Of a stretch of 64,000 nt of DNA, positions 1-9,084 are shown in pieces (position 1 is the stretch's first letter; every line of letters begins with the position of its first letter). Both the position numbers and the translations under genes were made by a program. The stretch is from Bacteroidales bacterium (GTDB lineage: Bacteria > Bacteroidota > Bacteroidia > Bacteroidales > F082). The notes under the pieces are model-generated. The model was not told the DNA's origin. It saw only the letters and a program-made list of their open reading frames with translations, and made no database searches. The stretch is taken from the NCBI GenBank assembly GCA_017616735.1, contig JAFZXP010000078.1, positions 6,630 to 70,629 of the forward strand. Reading direction: 5' to 3'.

Positions 1-808
1 CTACGATGATGGCGGTCCGAATGCAAACTACGGCAACAACAAAGATCTCACTATGACATTCATGCCTGCAACAGAAGGCGGCATGATTGAAGTGGTCTTC
101 TCGGACTTTGAAACCGAACAAAACTACGACCATCTTTATATCTACGACGGACCTTCGACAAGTTCGGCTCAGATAGGCGATTTCCATGGAAACAACAGCC
201 CTGGAACAGTGACTGCCACCAATGCTTCGGGCGCTTTGACATTCCGCTTCACATCAGACAGTAGCGTTACCAGAATCGGCTGGGCAGCACATGTCAGATG
301 CCTTGGAGTGTCGATGGTGGTTACAGCCAGCGCATTGTACGACAATATTTTTGTAGGCGAGACAAACACTCTGTATGCCAACGCGACAGGCGGCTCATTC
401 CAGTATACATATTCTTGGTCACCAGCCGACAACCTGAACAACCCGACAGCTCAGAACCCTGTGTTTACCGCTACGGAAATGGGTGAATTCACCTACACTG
501 TGACCGTCAGCGACGGCGACCAGACCATTTCGGCATCGGTGACATTTACCGTTTCGGAAGACAATGTGGGTGAGAACGTTGCCAACAAAGTGGCTGTCTA
601 TCCAAATCCTGCATCATCGATAGTTAATATCGTGGGTATCAGCAACTTCCAGAGCTTGAAAGTGATGCTTGTCAACCCACAGGGACAAATAGTCAAAACG
701 GTGGCTAACTCGTTGGAAATCAATGTTGAAGATATGCCGTCAGGTGTCTATTTTATCAACATTGAGTGCGACGGACAGCGCAGCATGAAGAAAATTGTTG
801 TGGAATAA
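1..808 (+). CDS. Secreted CUB-domain protein with T9SS C-terminal sorting domain (5' end cut by window edge)
   Basis: Frame 2 is open from nt 2 (YDDGGPNANYGNNKDLTMTF...), so the listed Met at 53 is internal. CUB-like block NYDHLYIYDGPS...LTFRFTSDSSVTRIGW, then an Ig-like block. The C-terminus VAVYPNPASSIVNIVG...GVYFINIE...KKIVVE fits the T9SS CTD pattern. Confidence 0.75.
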   Translation, partial: YDDGGPNANYGNNKDLTMTFMPATEGGMIEVVFSDFETEQNYDHLYIYDGPSTSSAQIGDFHGNNSPGTVTATNASGALTFRFTSDSSVTRIGWAAHVRCLGVSMVVTASALYDNIFVGETNTLYANATGGSFQYTYSWSPADNLNNPTAQNPVFTATEMGEFTYTVTVSDGDQTISASVTFTVSEDNVGENVANKVAVYPNPASSIVNIVGISNFQSLKVMLVNPQGQIVKTVANSLEINVEDMPSGVYFINIECDGQRSMKKIVVE

Positions 809-830
809 ACAATTATAGCTAAAAAAAACG

Positions 831-838
831 TAATTTTG
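831..838 (+). promoter_or_regulatory. Candidate -7 box TAATTTTG (Bacteroidota consensus TAnnTTTG) for bamD
   Basis: Only 4 nt before ATG 843. Confidence 0.4.
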
Positions 839-842
839 CAGC

Positions 843-1640
843 ATGTTAAAAAATAGGCTTTTCTTATTGGTTATCGTGTGTCTGTTTGGCTGTGTGTCAT
901 GCAAATACTCCAAGTTGGTAAAAGGTACCGACAACGAGGCTAAGTATGCGGCGGCTATCGACTACTACGAGAAAGGTAACTACGACCGCGCGTTGCAGTT
1001 GTTCGACGTCATGCAGGCGTATTACCGCAACAAACCGGAAGGCGAGACAATAGCTTTCCTGACGGCAGAGTGCTATTTCAACAAGGAAGACTATTACATA
1101 GCAAGCAGCTATTACAAACGTTTCGTAACCAGATATCCGATATCGAAAGACGCTGAGACAGCTTTGTATAAGAGCGCTTTGTGCTACTACAGGCTTTCTC
1201 CGAGAATAACTCTCGACCAGTCGGACACATACACCGCCATCAACGAGTTTCAGAATTTTGTGAACACATTCCCAAACAGCTCGAGGGTGGAGGATGTGAA
1301 TGGCAAGATTGATACCTTGCGCACAAAACTCGAAGACAAGGAATACCTGACTTGCAGCCTCTATTTCAAGATGGAGGAATATCAGGCCGCGATAACAAGC
1401 TATGAAACGTTTTTAAAGGATCATCCCAACACAAAGTACCGTGAGGAGATACTTAACAATATGGTTATCAACTATTACCGTTATGCTGAAAACAGCGTAA
1501 AGTCGAAGCAGCGTGAGCGCTACGAGTTGGCCATCGAAAAGTACAACACCTTGTGCTATGTGTTTCCGGAGAGTCAGTACATCGCTCAATTGGAGCCTGT
1601 AATCAAGAAAACCAGAGAAAAATTGGAAAAATATAAATAG
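843..1640 (+). CDS. bamD: Outer membrane protein assembly factor BamD (TPR lipoprotein)
   Basis: Lipoprotein-type signal LFLLVIVCLFGCVSC. TPR-like repeats (YYEKGNYDRALQLFD, AECYFNKEDYYIASSYY). Typical Bacteroidota neighbourhood bamD-rpoZ-coaBC-DUF4835-recN. Confidence 0.8.
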   Translation: MLKNRLFLLVIVCLFGCVSCKYSKLVKGTDNEAKYAAAIDYYEKGNYDRALQLFDVMQAYYRNKPEGETIAFLTAECYFNKEDYYIASSYYKRFVTRYPISKDAETALYKSALCYYRLSPRITLDQSDTYTAINEFQNFVNTFPNSSRVEDVNGKIDTLRTKLEDKEYLTCSLYFKMEEYQAAITSYETFLKDHPNTKYREEILNNMVINYYRYAENSVKSKQRERYELAIEKYNTLCYVFPESQYIAQLEPVIKKTREKLEKYK

Positions 1641-1648
1641 AAACTAAA

Positions 1649-1987
1649 ATGATAGATTTCAGAAAAGTTAAGACGGAAACTACCGCCATCACACGTCAGA
1701 AAGACCAGTTCTATGTTGGAACAGGTAACATTTACGAGACAGTTGCCATCCTCGCCAAGAGAGCTAACCAGATAGCTACAGAGGAGAAGCAGGAACTCAA
1801 CAAGAAGATTGAAGAGTTCGCTTCACAAAACGACACTCTCGAGGAAGTGTTCGAGAACAAGGAACAGATTGAGGTGGCTAAGTTCTATGAGAAATTGCCG
1901 AAACCGACATTGATCGCTATCGACGAGTTCTTGAACGACAAGCTCTACTATCGCAACCCTAACAAGAAAAACGAAGGTGACTTCTAA
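1649..1987 (+). CDS. rpoZ: RNA polymerase omega subunit-like protein (Bacteroidota long form)
   Basis: 112 aa with core GNIYETVAILAKRANQI and tail EKLPKPTLIAIDEFL...YYRNP, as I recall for Bacteroidota RpoZ. Sits between bamD and coaBC. Confidence 0.6.
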   Translation: MIDFRKVKTETTAITRQKDQFYVGTGNIYETVAILAKRANQIATEEKQELNKKIEEFASQNDTLEEVFENKEQIEVAKFYEKLPKPTLIAIDEFLNDKLYYRNPNKKNEGDF

Positions 1988-3182
1988 AAAGGTTTTGATT
2001 GGAATTACAGGCAGCATTGCCGCTTATAAGATTCCGCTTTTAGTAAGGCTTCTGAAGAAAGAAGGTGCCGAGGTGCAGGTGGTGATGACCGACTCGGCAC
2101 GCGATTTCGTTACGCCGCTCACGTTATCGACGCTGAGCGGCCGTCCTGTTTTGTCGAAGGGCTTCGATCCTGAGACAGGACAGTGGAACAGCCATGTTGA
2201 ATTGGGCCTTTGGGCCGACCTCATGGTGATAGCGCCTGCTTCGGCCAATTCCATCGCCAAAATGGCGGCGGGCGCTGCTGACAACTACCTTCTGACGGTT
2301 TGCTTATCGGCGAAATGTCCTATCATGTTCGCGCCTGCCATGGACCTCGACATGTACAAACACCCGGCGACCCAGCAAAACATTCGTACGCTGGTCGAAC
2401 GCGGCTGCCGTTTAATCGCGCCCGCCGCCGGTGAACTTGCGTCGGGCTTGTGCGGCGAGGGCAGAATGGAGGAACCGCAGGAGATATTCAACCGCATCAA
2501 GGAGTTTTTTGACAACGGCAAACGTTACGCCGGAAAGAAAGTGCTCGTTACAGCGGGGCCTACATACGAGGCCATTGACCCTGTCAGATTCATAGGCAAC
2601 CACAGCTCAGGCCTTATGGGCATTGAGATAGCGAGAGCTTTTGCCGATCAGGGCGCCGACGTCACACTGGTGCTCGGGCCGTCGTCAATACGTCCGGAAC
2701 GCGCCAACATCAACGTGTTGCCGGTGACTTCGGCCAAGGAGATGTTTGACGCCACAACCGCAGCATTTAAAAAAGCCGACATAGCCGTGTTGAGCGCGGC
2801 AGTGGCCGATTTCCGCCCGGAAACTAAAGCCGAGCAGAAGATAAAAAAAGTGGCCGGACAAGACGAGATGACACTGAAGCTCGTCAAGACCGACGACATA
2901 CTCAAGACCTTGGGCGAAAACAAGACCGACAAACAGATTCTTGTTGGTTTTGCCTTGGAAACTGAAAACGGACTGACTAACGCAAAGAAAAAACTGCATA
3001 CCAAAAACCTCGATATGATCGTTCTAAACACGATGAACGAGGCTGGAGTGGGGTTCAAGACCAAGACCAACAAAGTCAGCATGATTATGCGCGACGATAA
3101 GGTTATGGATTTTGAGCTCAAGCCGAAAAAAGATGTGGCAGCCGATATCTTAAACGTTATATATCAATCATTTGTAAAATAG
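1977..3182 (+). CDS. coaBC: Bifunctional phosphopantothenoylcysteine decarboxylase / phosphopantothenate-cysteine ligase
   Basis: N-terminal flavoprotein motif KKVLIGITGSIAAYK and PAMDLDMY. CoaB half KVLVTAGPTYEAIDPVRFIGNHSSG. GTG start at 1977 overlaps rpoZ by 11 nt. Confidence 0.9.
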   Translation: MTSKKVLIGITGSIAAYKIPLLVRLLKKEGAEVQVVMTDSARDFVTPLTLSTLSGRPVLSKGFDPETGQWNSHVELGLWADLMVIAPASANSIAKMAAGAADNYLLTVCLSAKCPIMFAPAMDLDMYKHPATQQNIRTLVERGCRLIAPAAGELASGLCGEGRMEEPQEIFNRIKEFFDNGKRYAGKKVLVTAGPTYEAIDPVRFIGNHSSGLMGIEIARAFADQGADVTLVLGPSSIRPERANINVLPVTSAKEMFDATTAAFKKADIAVLSAAVADFRPETKAEQKIKKVAGQDEMTLKLVKTDDILKTLGENKTDKQILVGFALETENGLTNAKKKLHTKNLDMIVLNTMNEAGVGFKTKTNKVSMIMRDDKVMDFELKPKKDVAADILNVIYQSFVK

Positions 3183-3187
3183 TAATC

Positions 3188-4102
3188 ATGAAAAGAATCA
3201 TCTTTCCGATATTGTTCGCACTATGCCTGATGGCAAACGGCATCAAAGCGCAGGAGCTTAACTTCACCATTACCATCAACACCAACCAGGTGGGAGGTAC
3301 CGATCAGCGTGTGTATGAGGCTCTGCAGGAGAGCATGGTCAATTTCATGAACAACCGCATCTGGACCAATATCAAGTTTGAACCTCAGGAACGCATTGAG
3401 GGCACGATGGTTCTGGTGGTCAAAAGCCGTGAGGGTAACAACATAATGGGCGAGATGAACGTGGCTTTGCGCCGCCCGGTTTATAAAACGAATTACAACA
3501 CCCCATTGCTGAATATTGTCGACTCGGACATCGCTTTCACCTACATCGAGTCGCAGCCTTTGGATTTCAACGAGAACACGTTCATGTCGAATCTGACGTC
3601 AATTCTCGCATTCTACGGTTATTATTGTTTGGGAGTGTATTTTGACACTTTCGGACTGGAAGGCGGTCAGGACTTTTTCCACATGTGTGACATGATAGTG
3701 ACAGCGGCTCAGAGCGCAGCCGAAGGCGGATGGAAGGCGTTCGACAGCTACCGCAATCGCTACTGGTTGCTCGATAGCTTCACCAATCCGGCCTACAGCC
3801 AGCTGCATAAGTTCATGTACGAGTATCATAGAATGGGCCTTGATGTGATGGGAAACGGCAAGGTTGACGATGGCCGCGCCACTATTACTAAGACTCTCGA
3901 CTATGTGAAGAGCGTGTACAACAGCAAGCCTAACCTTTATTTCATACAGATTCTCAACGACACCAAACGCGACGAATGGAAAAACATATATTCCGAGGCT
4001 CAACAGCAGGAGAAGACAAAATCTGTCAACATTTTGCGTGAGGTTGATCCGTCGCATGCCGAAGAATATGAGGCTATACTCACAGCCAGACCAAAATTCT
4101 AA
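3188..4102 (+). CDS. DUF4835 family protein (I recall newer annotations naming this family T9SS protein PorD; unverified)
   Basis: Signal peptide ending KAQ, then ELNFTITINTNQVGGTDQRVYEALQESMVNFMNNRIWT, typical of the DUF4835 family. Conserved position between coaBC and recN. Confidence 0.65.
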   Translation: MKRIIFPILFALCLMANGIKAQELNFTITINTNQVGGTDQRVYEALQESMVNFMNNRIWTNIKFEPQERIEGTMVLVVKSREGNNIMGEMNVALRRPVYKTNYNTPLLNIVDSDIAFTYIESQPLDFNENTFMSNLTSILAFYGYYCLGVYFDTFGLEGGQDFFHMCDMIVTAAQSAAEGGWKAFDSYRNRYWLLDSFTNPAYSQLHKFMYEYHRMGLDVMGNGKVDDGRATITKTLDYVKSVYNSKPNLYFIQILNDTKRDEWKNIYSEAQQQEKTKSVNILREVDPSHAEEYEAILTARPKF

Positions 4103-4107
4103 AGCTT

Positions 4108-5769
4108 ATGCTTAAAAGCCTAACTGTCGGTAATTATGCTTTAATAGACTCATTGTCAATAGCTTTTGACAATGGGTTTAGCGTTATTACAGGTGAGACA
4201 GGAGCCGGAAAATCAATACTGCTTGGTGCTTTGGGCTTTGTGCTTGGCGAACGTTCCGACTCGAGCATTATGCTTGACGAGACAAAAAAATGTGTGGTTG
4301 AGGCAACGTTTACTGTTGAGGATGAGAGACTTAAGCCTTTTTTTGAGGATAACGACCTTGATTTTGACCATGAACTGATACTGCGCAGGGAGCTGTCGCC
4401 TACCAAGAAATCAAGAGCCTTCATTAATGACACTCCGGTTACAGCCCAGCAGCTGAAAGAATTGGGGAGTCAGCTGGTTGACATACACTCACAGCACGAC
4501 TCGCTATTGCTGAACAATGCCGATTTTCAGCTTGGGATAATCGACAATGCAGCCGACAATCATTTGCTACTGGCTGATTATCAAGCGGTTTATCATCAGT
4601 ATGTAAAGTTGGTGAATGAGCTTGGAAAGCTGAAAGAGATGTCGCAAAAAAACGTTGCTGAAAACGATTTTCTGGCATTCCAGCTTGATGAGCTTATTAA
4701 AGCCGACCTGCAGGAAGGCGAATACGAGGATGTTGGTCAGCGATTGGAATTGTTGGAGAATGCCGAGGAAGTGAAGACACTGCTGGCACAGTCTACAGGT
4801 TTGCTTCAGGATTCGGAGATTTCCATACTTGATCAACTTAACGAGTTGAAGTCAACAGTCGATAAATTGAGGAGATACATTCCGCAAGCCGAACAGTATC
4901 TTGAAAGAATTGACTCGACCAAGATTGAGCTCAAGGATATAGCCCAAGACCTTGACAGCTTGCAAGACAGCACTCAGTTTGACGCTGCGTCACTTAATGA
5001 GATACAAGAGCGTTTCGACTTGATTCAGCGCCTGATGATGAAGCATCATGTCAATGATTACGCCGAGTTGCTGAAGATTCGTGAGGATTTGCAGGAAAAG
5101 GTCGGCGCATTCGCCAATATCGACGAGCAGATTGCCAAGAAAGAGCAGGAAGTGAAATCTTGCGAAAAAGAACTCACAAAGCTCGCTGGTAATCTGTCGG
5201 ATAAGCGCAAAAAGGTTAAAAATTCGTTTGAAAAGTCGGTTACTGAGATTATCCGTCAGTTGAAGATGCCGCACGGCGTTTTCGAGATAGAGATTGCTGA
5301 TTGCAAGGAGTTTACGGCAAGCGGCCGTGATAAAGTCAGATTCCTGTTTTCGGCCAATAAAGGCATAGCTCCCGATGATATGAGCCGTGTCGCGTCAGGC
5401 GGTGAACTTTCACGTTTGATGCTGGCCATCAAGGCGGTGGCTGCCGGTAGCAGTTATATCCCGACCCTGATTTTCGATGAAATCGACACTGGTGTCTCGG
5501 GCGAGGTGGCTTCAAAGTTGGGTGACATCATGCAGAAGATGGGGGAGACGTTGCAGATTATCTCAATCACTCATCTGCCGCAGATAGCTTCGAAAGCCAA
5601 AAATCATTTCTTCGTTTATAAAGATGAAAGCAACGAAAAAACACGTTCATGCATCAGACAACTGTCGCGTGATGAACGTGTTACTGAGATTGCGAAGATG
5701 CTTTCCAACGATAAAATAACCCCGGAAGCCATCAAAGCCGCCGAGGTTATTTTAGACTTTAGTCGTTAG
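4108..5769 (+). CDS. recN: DNA repair protein RecN
   Basis: Walker A GETGAGKS, long coiled-coil middle, SMC signature SGGELSRLMLAIK, Walker B LIFDEIDTG. 553 aa. Confidence 0.9.
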   Translation: MLKSLTVGNYALIDSLSIAFDNGFSVITGETGAGKSILLGALGFVLGERSDSSIMLDETKKCVVEATFTVEDERLKPFFEDNDLDFDHELILRRELSPTKKSRAFINDTPVTAQQLKELGSQLVDIHSQHDSLLLNNADFQLGIIDNAADNHLLLADYQAVYHQYVKLVNELGKLKEMSQKNVAENDFLAFQLDELIKADLQEGEYEDVGQRLELLENAEEVKTLLAQSTGLLQDSEISILDQLNELKSTVDKLRRYIPQAEQYLERIDSTKIELKDIAQDLDSLQDSTQFDAASLNEIQERFDLIQRLMMKHHVNDYAELLKIREDLQEKVGAFANIDEQIAKKEQEVKSCEKELTKLAGNLSDKRKKVKNSFEKSVTEIIRQLKMPHGVFEIEIADCKEFTASGRDKVRFLFSANKGIAPDDMSRVASGGELSRLMLAIKAVAAGSSYIPTLIFDEIDTGVSGEVASKLGDIMQKMGETLQIISITHLPQIASKAKNHFFVYKDESNEKTRSCIRQLSRDERVTEIAKMLSNDKITPEAIKAAEVILDFSR

Positions 5770-5807
5770 ACCTTAGACCTTAGCAACATTACTAAGGTCT
5801 AAAGTCT
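5768..5807. terminator. Bidirectional hairpin between convergent recN and the M16 peptidase gene
   Basis: AGACCTTAGACCTTAG (5768-5783), loop CAACATTA, CTAAGGTCTAAAGTCT (5792-5807). 16-bp stem with one mismatch. Starts inside the recN stop codon. No U-tract. Confidence 0.55.
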
Positions 5808-5820
5808 AAGGTCTAAGGTC
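5768..5820. repeat. Heptamer array, GACCTTA type, two inverted sub-arrays
   Basis: ACCTTAG x2, spacer, then TAAGGTC/TAAAGTC x4. Fills the whole 51-nt recN/M16 intergenic space. Confidence 0.85.
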
Positions 5821-8676
5821 TTATTTGAAGATCTCTTTATACTTCACTTCCTTAATCTTTCCATACTGCTCCAAACCCTTCAGGTCAATCTGCTTCTTGT
5901 TGCCAGACATCATGATGATTATCGGGCGGTCGTCGACGAAGTTCTTGTAGAAGCTGTAAACATCCTTGTATTCGGTTTGTTTGATCAAATCGGTAACCTT
6001 GCAGCGAGGATCTTCTTTGTAGCCTTGCTCAATCCATGCGCTTACCGAGCGAGGAATGTTGCGGAATGTGATGTAATCAGAGGCGCGTGACATTATCAAA
6101 GCGTCTTTCGAGGCGTTGAATTTTTCAATACGTGTCGGCATGTCGGTGATAAGGCCGTGCAGCGCTCCGATGCCATCCATGGTCTTATCCGACTGGGTGC
6201 CGAGGAAGGTGTAGAGATAACCTGGTTTGCGATTGAGATAGTCGTAGCGATAATAACCGTAGGCTGTGTAACCCAATGAGCGGAATTCTCTAATTTCTTG
6301 GAACACAATCGAATACATGTCGGTGCCGAAGTATTTGTTGAAAACTGTTGCCACAGCCTTGTCTTGCTTTTCGAGAGTCTCGCCCGGCACATACATATGG
6401 ATGTTGCTTTGGCGGAACTTCTTGTTGTGAGCTAAGAACACCAGATTTTCGGTGTATTTCTTCTCGGTACGGTATTTCTTCTCGACTTTCTGAGCGTTTT
6501 CGTTGACAAGGTTGTTGGACACGATTGATTTGAAAACGTTGATGGTATTGAGATTGCCGACAAAGTAGATGTTACCGCTGTAGTTGAAGATGTTGCTGAT
6601 TCCAGCGAGAATGTCGGTGCCGCTCAGTTTCTTCCATTCTTTAAGCGGAGTCTTGGCCAGATACTCTGACTGGTCACCGTAGAGGGCGTATTCATAAACT
6701 GCCTCTCCCCATGTCGAAGCGTCGTTTTTGTTGCTGTCTTCCTCAGACTTCTCCTGCTCGGCTATGATGTCTTTCTTTGTCTCGTCGTTGGCTGCATGGA
6801 ACAGCTTCTCTTCGCATAACGCAAGGATTTGATCAAGATCTTTCTCGAATCCGCTGATTTCAAGCGATGTTGTTGACGCGCCAGGGCTGATGTAGAATGA
6901 GGCGCCAATTTTCTGTAGCTCAAGGTTAAATTCTTCGAAGCTCTTTTTATCGGTTCCCTGCATGTCCCAATAGTTGACAGCTCTTTCCAAATCAGGATCG
7001 TCAAGTGTACCGTAGTTGTATTCAATGCTAAGAGTGAAGATGTCGTTGTACGGGTTTTTGGTAGAGTAGATGTTGAGCCCGTTGTCGGTAGTGGTCAACT
7101 CCACGTCTTTGCCAAATTCAATCACCTGAGGTGTCACTTCAGGCACCACTTCAGCTTCAATCATCTTTGCAAACTCCGACTTGGCCTCTGTATTTTTTGC
7201 TTCAATAGGTTTCCAGTTAGGTTTGTCAACCTTATCCTTTGCCGGGAATCCCATCTTTGAGCGGATATCGAGGTAATCGTTGCCGAAGTATTTGTTTGCG
7301 ACGGCTACTATCTCGTCTTTGGTGATGTTTTTGATACGCTCAGTCTCAGCCAAATAGTCGTCGTACGTCATGTCGCGTTGCTCAAGGTCGAGGAATAGGC
7401 TGGCCAAACCACGGAGATTCTCAGTTTCCTGAATGCGTTCTTTCAGCATGTCGGTCTTGATGGCCTCGAATAGTTCGTCGCTGAAGTCACCCTTTTTAAG
7501 CTTCTCAAGGTTGTCGAACACCAGTTTTTCGGCTTTCTCATGCGATTGTCCGATAATCTTGGGGACATAAATAATCACATTGGCACCGTGGTCTTCAAGC
7601 GAGAGAGGCATTAGCATTGCCAGCATGATGTTGCCGTTAACCATGTCTTTGTCCATGAGTCCTGTCTCACCATTGCTGAAGATGCTGCAGGCGAGGCTTA
7701 ACGGGATGTTGTCTGGGTCGGAAGCCTTCACGCCTCGCCATGCCAGTACGCCCATCTTAATAGGGGTCATGCGGACTTTCTTCACCGTAGGACCGTTGAA
7801 CGCAGGCAGAGTGTATTTTGGCTGCTGCGGTATTTCACCTCTGCGCCATGTGCCGAACTTCTCGGCTACCACAGGCTCGATATCGTCAATGTTGAAATCG
7901 CCGACGAGAATCAGAGTCATGTTGTTGGCCACGTAGTATGTGTTGTAGAACTCGCGCATCTTGCTGGTTTGCGGGTTCTTCAGATGCTCGGTCAAGCCGA
8001 TAATCGGACGGCCGTACGGATGGTCACCGAACACTTCTTTGAACATATATTCCTGGAAGGCGCTTATAGGCTGGTCGCCGTACATGTTCTTCTCTTCGTA
8101 TACGGTCTCGAGCTCGCTCTGGAACAGACGGAACACCGGGTAGCGGAAACGCTCCACATACACGTCCATCCATTTTTCAATCTGGTTGGCCGGGAAGGTG
8201 TTGTAATATATAGTCTGGTCGTAGGCTGTGCCGGCGTTCAAGCCTGTGCCGCCCATCTTGGTGAGAATCACGTCGACCTCATTCGGAATTGCATAGGCCG
8301 TTGAAGCCAATGACAACTCATTGATTTTCTGCTGTATGGCAGCGCGTTCTTTGACATCTGATGTCTCATGAAGCTTGTCATACATAAAATCGATGCTGTC
8401 GAGATACACCTTTTCGGCTTCCCAGTTGATAGTGCCGATGCGGTCGGTGCCCTTGAACATGATATGCTCAAAGTAATGAGCCATACCCGTGGCGTCGAGA
8501 GGGTCGTTTTTGCTTCCGGCATGCACGTACACTGCGCCATAGACCTGAGGTGAGCTGTGCTCCTCGCACATAACCACCTTCAATCCGTTGTCAAGCTGTG
8601 TGGTCTTGACTCTCATCTGAGCGCTCATCACATTGACGCTCAGTATGATAACTAATGCTAAGAATAATTTTTTCAT
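5821..8676 (-). CDS. M16 (insulinase/pitrilysin) family zinc peptidase, secreted
   Basis: Signal peptide and inverted zinc motif HxxEH (MAHYFEHIMFKG). 951 aa, consistent with a two-lobed M16 architecture. Confidence 0.85.
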   Translation of the reverse strand: MKKLFLALVIILSVNVMSAQMRVKTTQLDNGLKVVMCEEHSSPQVYGAVYVHAGSKNDPLDATGMAHYFEHIMFKGTDRIGTINWEAEKVYLDSIDFMYDKLHETSDVKERAAIQQKINELSLASTAYAIPNEVDVILTKMGGTGLNAGTAYDQTIYYNTFPANQIEKWMDVYVERFRYPVFRLFQSELETVYEEKNMYGDQPISAFQEYMFKEVFGDHPYGRPIIGLTEHLKNPQTSKMREFYNTYYVANNMTLILVGDFNIDDIEPVVAEKFGTWRRGEIPQQPKYTLPAFNGPTVKKVRMTPIKMGVLAWRGVKASDPDNIPLSLACSIFSNGETGLMDKDMVNGNIMLAMLMPLSLEDHGANVIIYVPKIIGQSHEKAEKLVFDNLEKLKKGDFSDELFEAIKTDMLKERIQETENLRGLASLFLDLEQRDMTYDDYLAETERIKNITKDEIVAVANKYFGNDYLDIRSKMGFPAKDKVDKPNWKPIEAKNTEAKSEFAKMIEAEVVPEVTPQVIEFGKDVELTTTDNGLNIYSTKNPYNDIFTLSIEYNYGTLDDPDLERAVNYWDMQGTDKKSFEEFNLELQKIGASFYISPGASTTSLEISGFEKDLDQILALCEEKLFHAANDETKKDIIAEQEKSEEDSNKNDASTWGEAVYEYALYGDQSEYLAKTPLKEWKKLSGTDILAGISNIFNYSGNIYFVGNLNTINVFKSIVSNNLVNENAQKVEKKYRTEKKYTENLVFLAHNKKFRQSNIHMYVPGETLEKQDKAVATVFNKYFGTDMYSIVFQEIREFRSLGYTAYGYYRYDYLNRKPGYLYTFLGTQSDKTMDGIGALHGLITDMPTRIEKFNASKDALIMSRASDYITFRNIPRSVSAWIEQGYKEDPRCKVTDLIKQTEYKDVYSFYKNFVDDRPIIIMMSGNKKQIDLKGLEQYGKIKEVKYKEIFK

Positions 8677-8699
8677 TTTTATTATTTTGAATTTTGTTG

Positions 8700-8707
8700 C
8701 AAATATA
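8700..8707 (-). promoter_or_regulatory. Candidate -7 box TATATTTG for the M16 peptidase gene
   Basis: 23 nt upstream of ATG 8676 (minus sense). Confidence 0.4.
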
Positions 8708-8720
8708 CATTATTTTGTAA

Positions 8721-8740
8721 AGACGGTGTGCACACCGTCT
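8721..8740 (-). terminator. Perfect 20-nt palindrome immediately after the GntR gene stop
   Basis: AGACGGTGTGCACACCGTCT abuts the stop codon at 8741-8743. In minus sense it is followed by TTTACAAAATAAT. Confidence 0.55.
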
Positions 8741-9082
8741 CTACATTTTAATAATATCCTCAATGGTAATTCCATATAGTTCCATTTTCTTTAAAAATCC
8801 CGGAACTTCGTTTTCCAAAAACTCTTTCTTCTGTTCCGAAAGAATCTTCTCCTTCGCGTCCTCGCAAACGTAGAATCCTATTCCGCGTTTGGTGGCGATA
8901 ATCTCTTTCATCTGCAGTCGCTCGAAGGCGCGCATCACCGTGTTGGGGTTTACTCCCAGCTCGACTCCTAGCTCGCGCACCGACATCACACGGTCGCCGC
9001 TGCGGAATTCGCCGCTTAGGATACGCTCGCACACGTGGTCGTAAATCTGCAGGTAAATAGGTTTATGTCCGTTGAAATCCAT
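8741..9082 (-). CDS. GntR family transcriptional regulator, YtrA subfamily (short form)
   Basis: Winged-helix motif PIYLQIYDHVCERILSGEFRSGDRVMSVRELGVELGVNPNTVMRAFERL. The ORF-track start at 9088 is TTG; the first ATG is at 9082, 2 nt after the upstream stop. Last gene of an ABC operon. Confidence 0.85.
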   Translation of the reverse strand: MDFNGHKPIYLQIYDHVCERILSGEFRSGDRVMSVRELGVELGVNPNTVMRAFERLQMKEIIATKRGIGFYVCEDAKEKILSEQKKEFLENEVPGFLKKMELYGITIEDIIKM

Positions 9083-9084
9083 AA

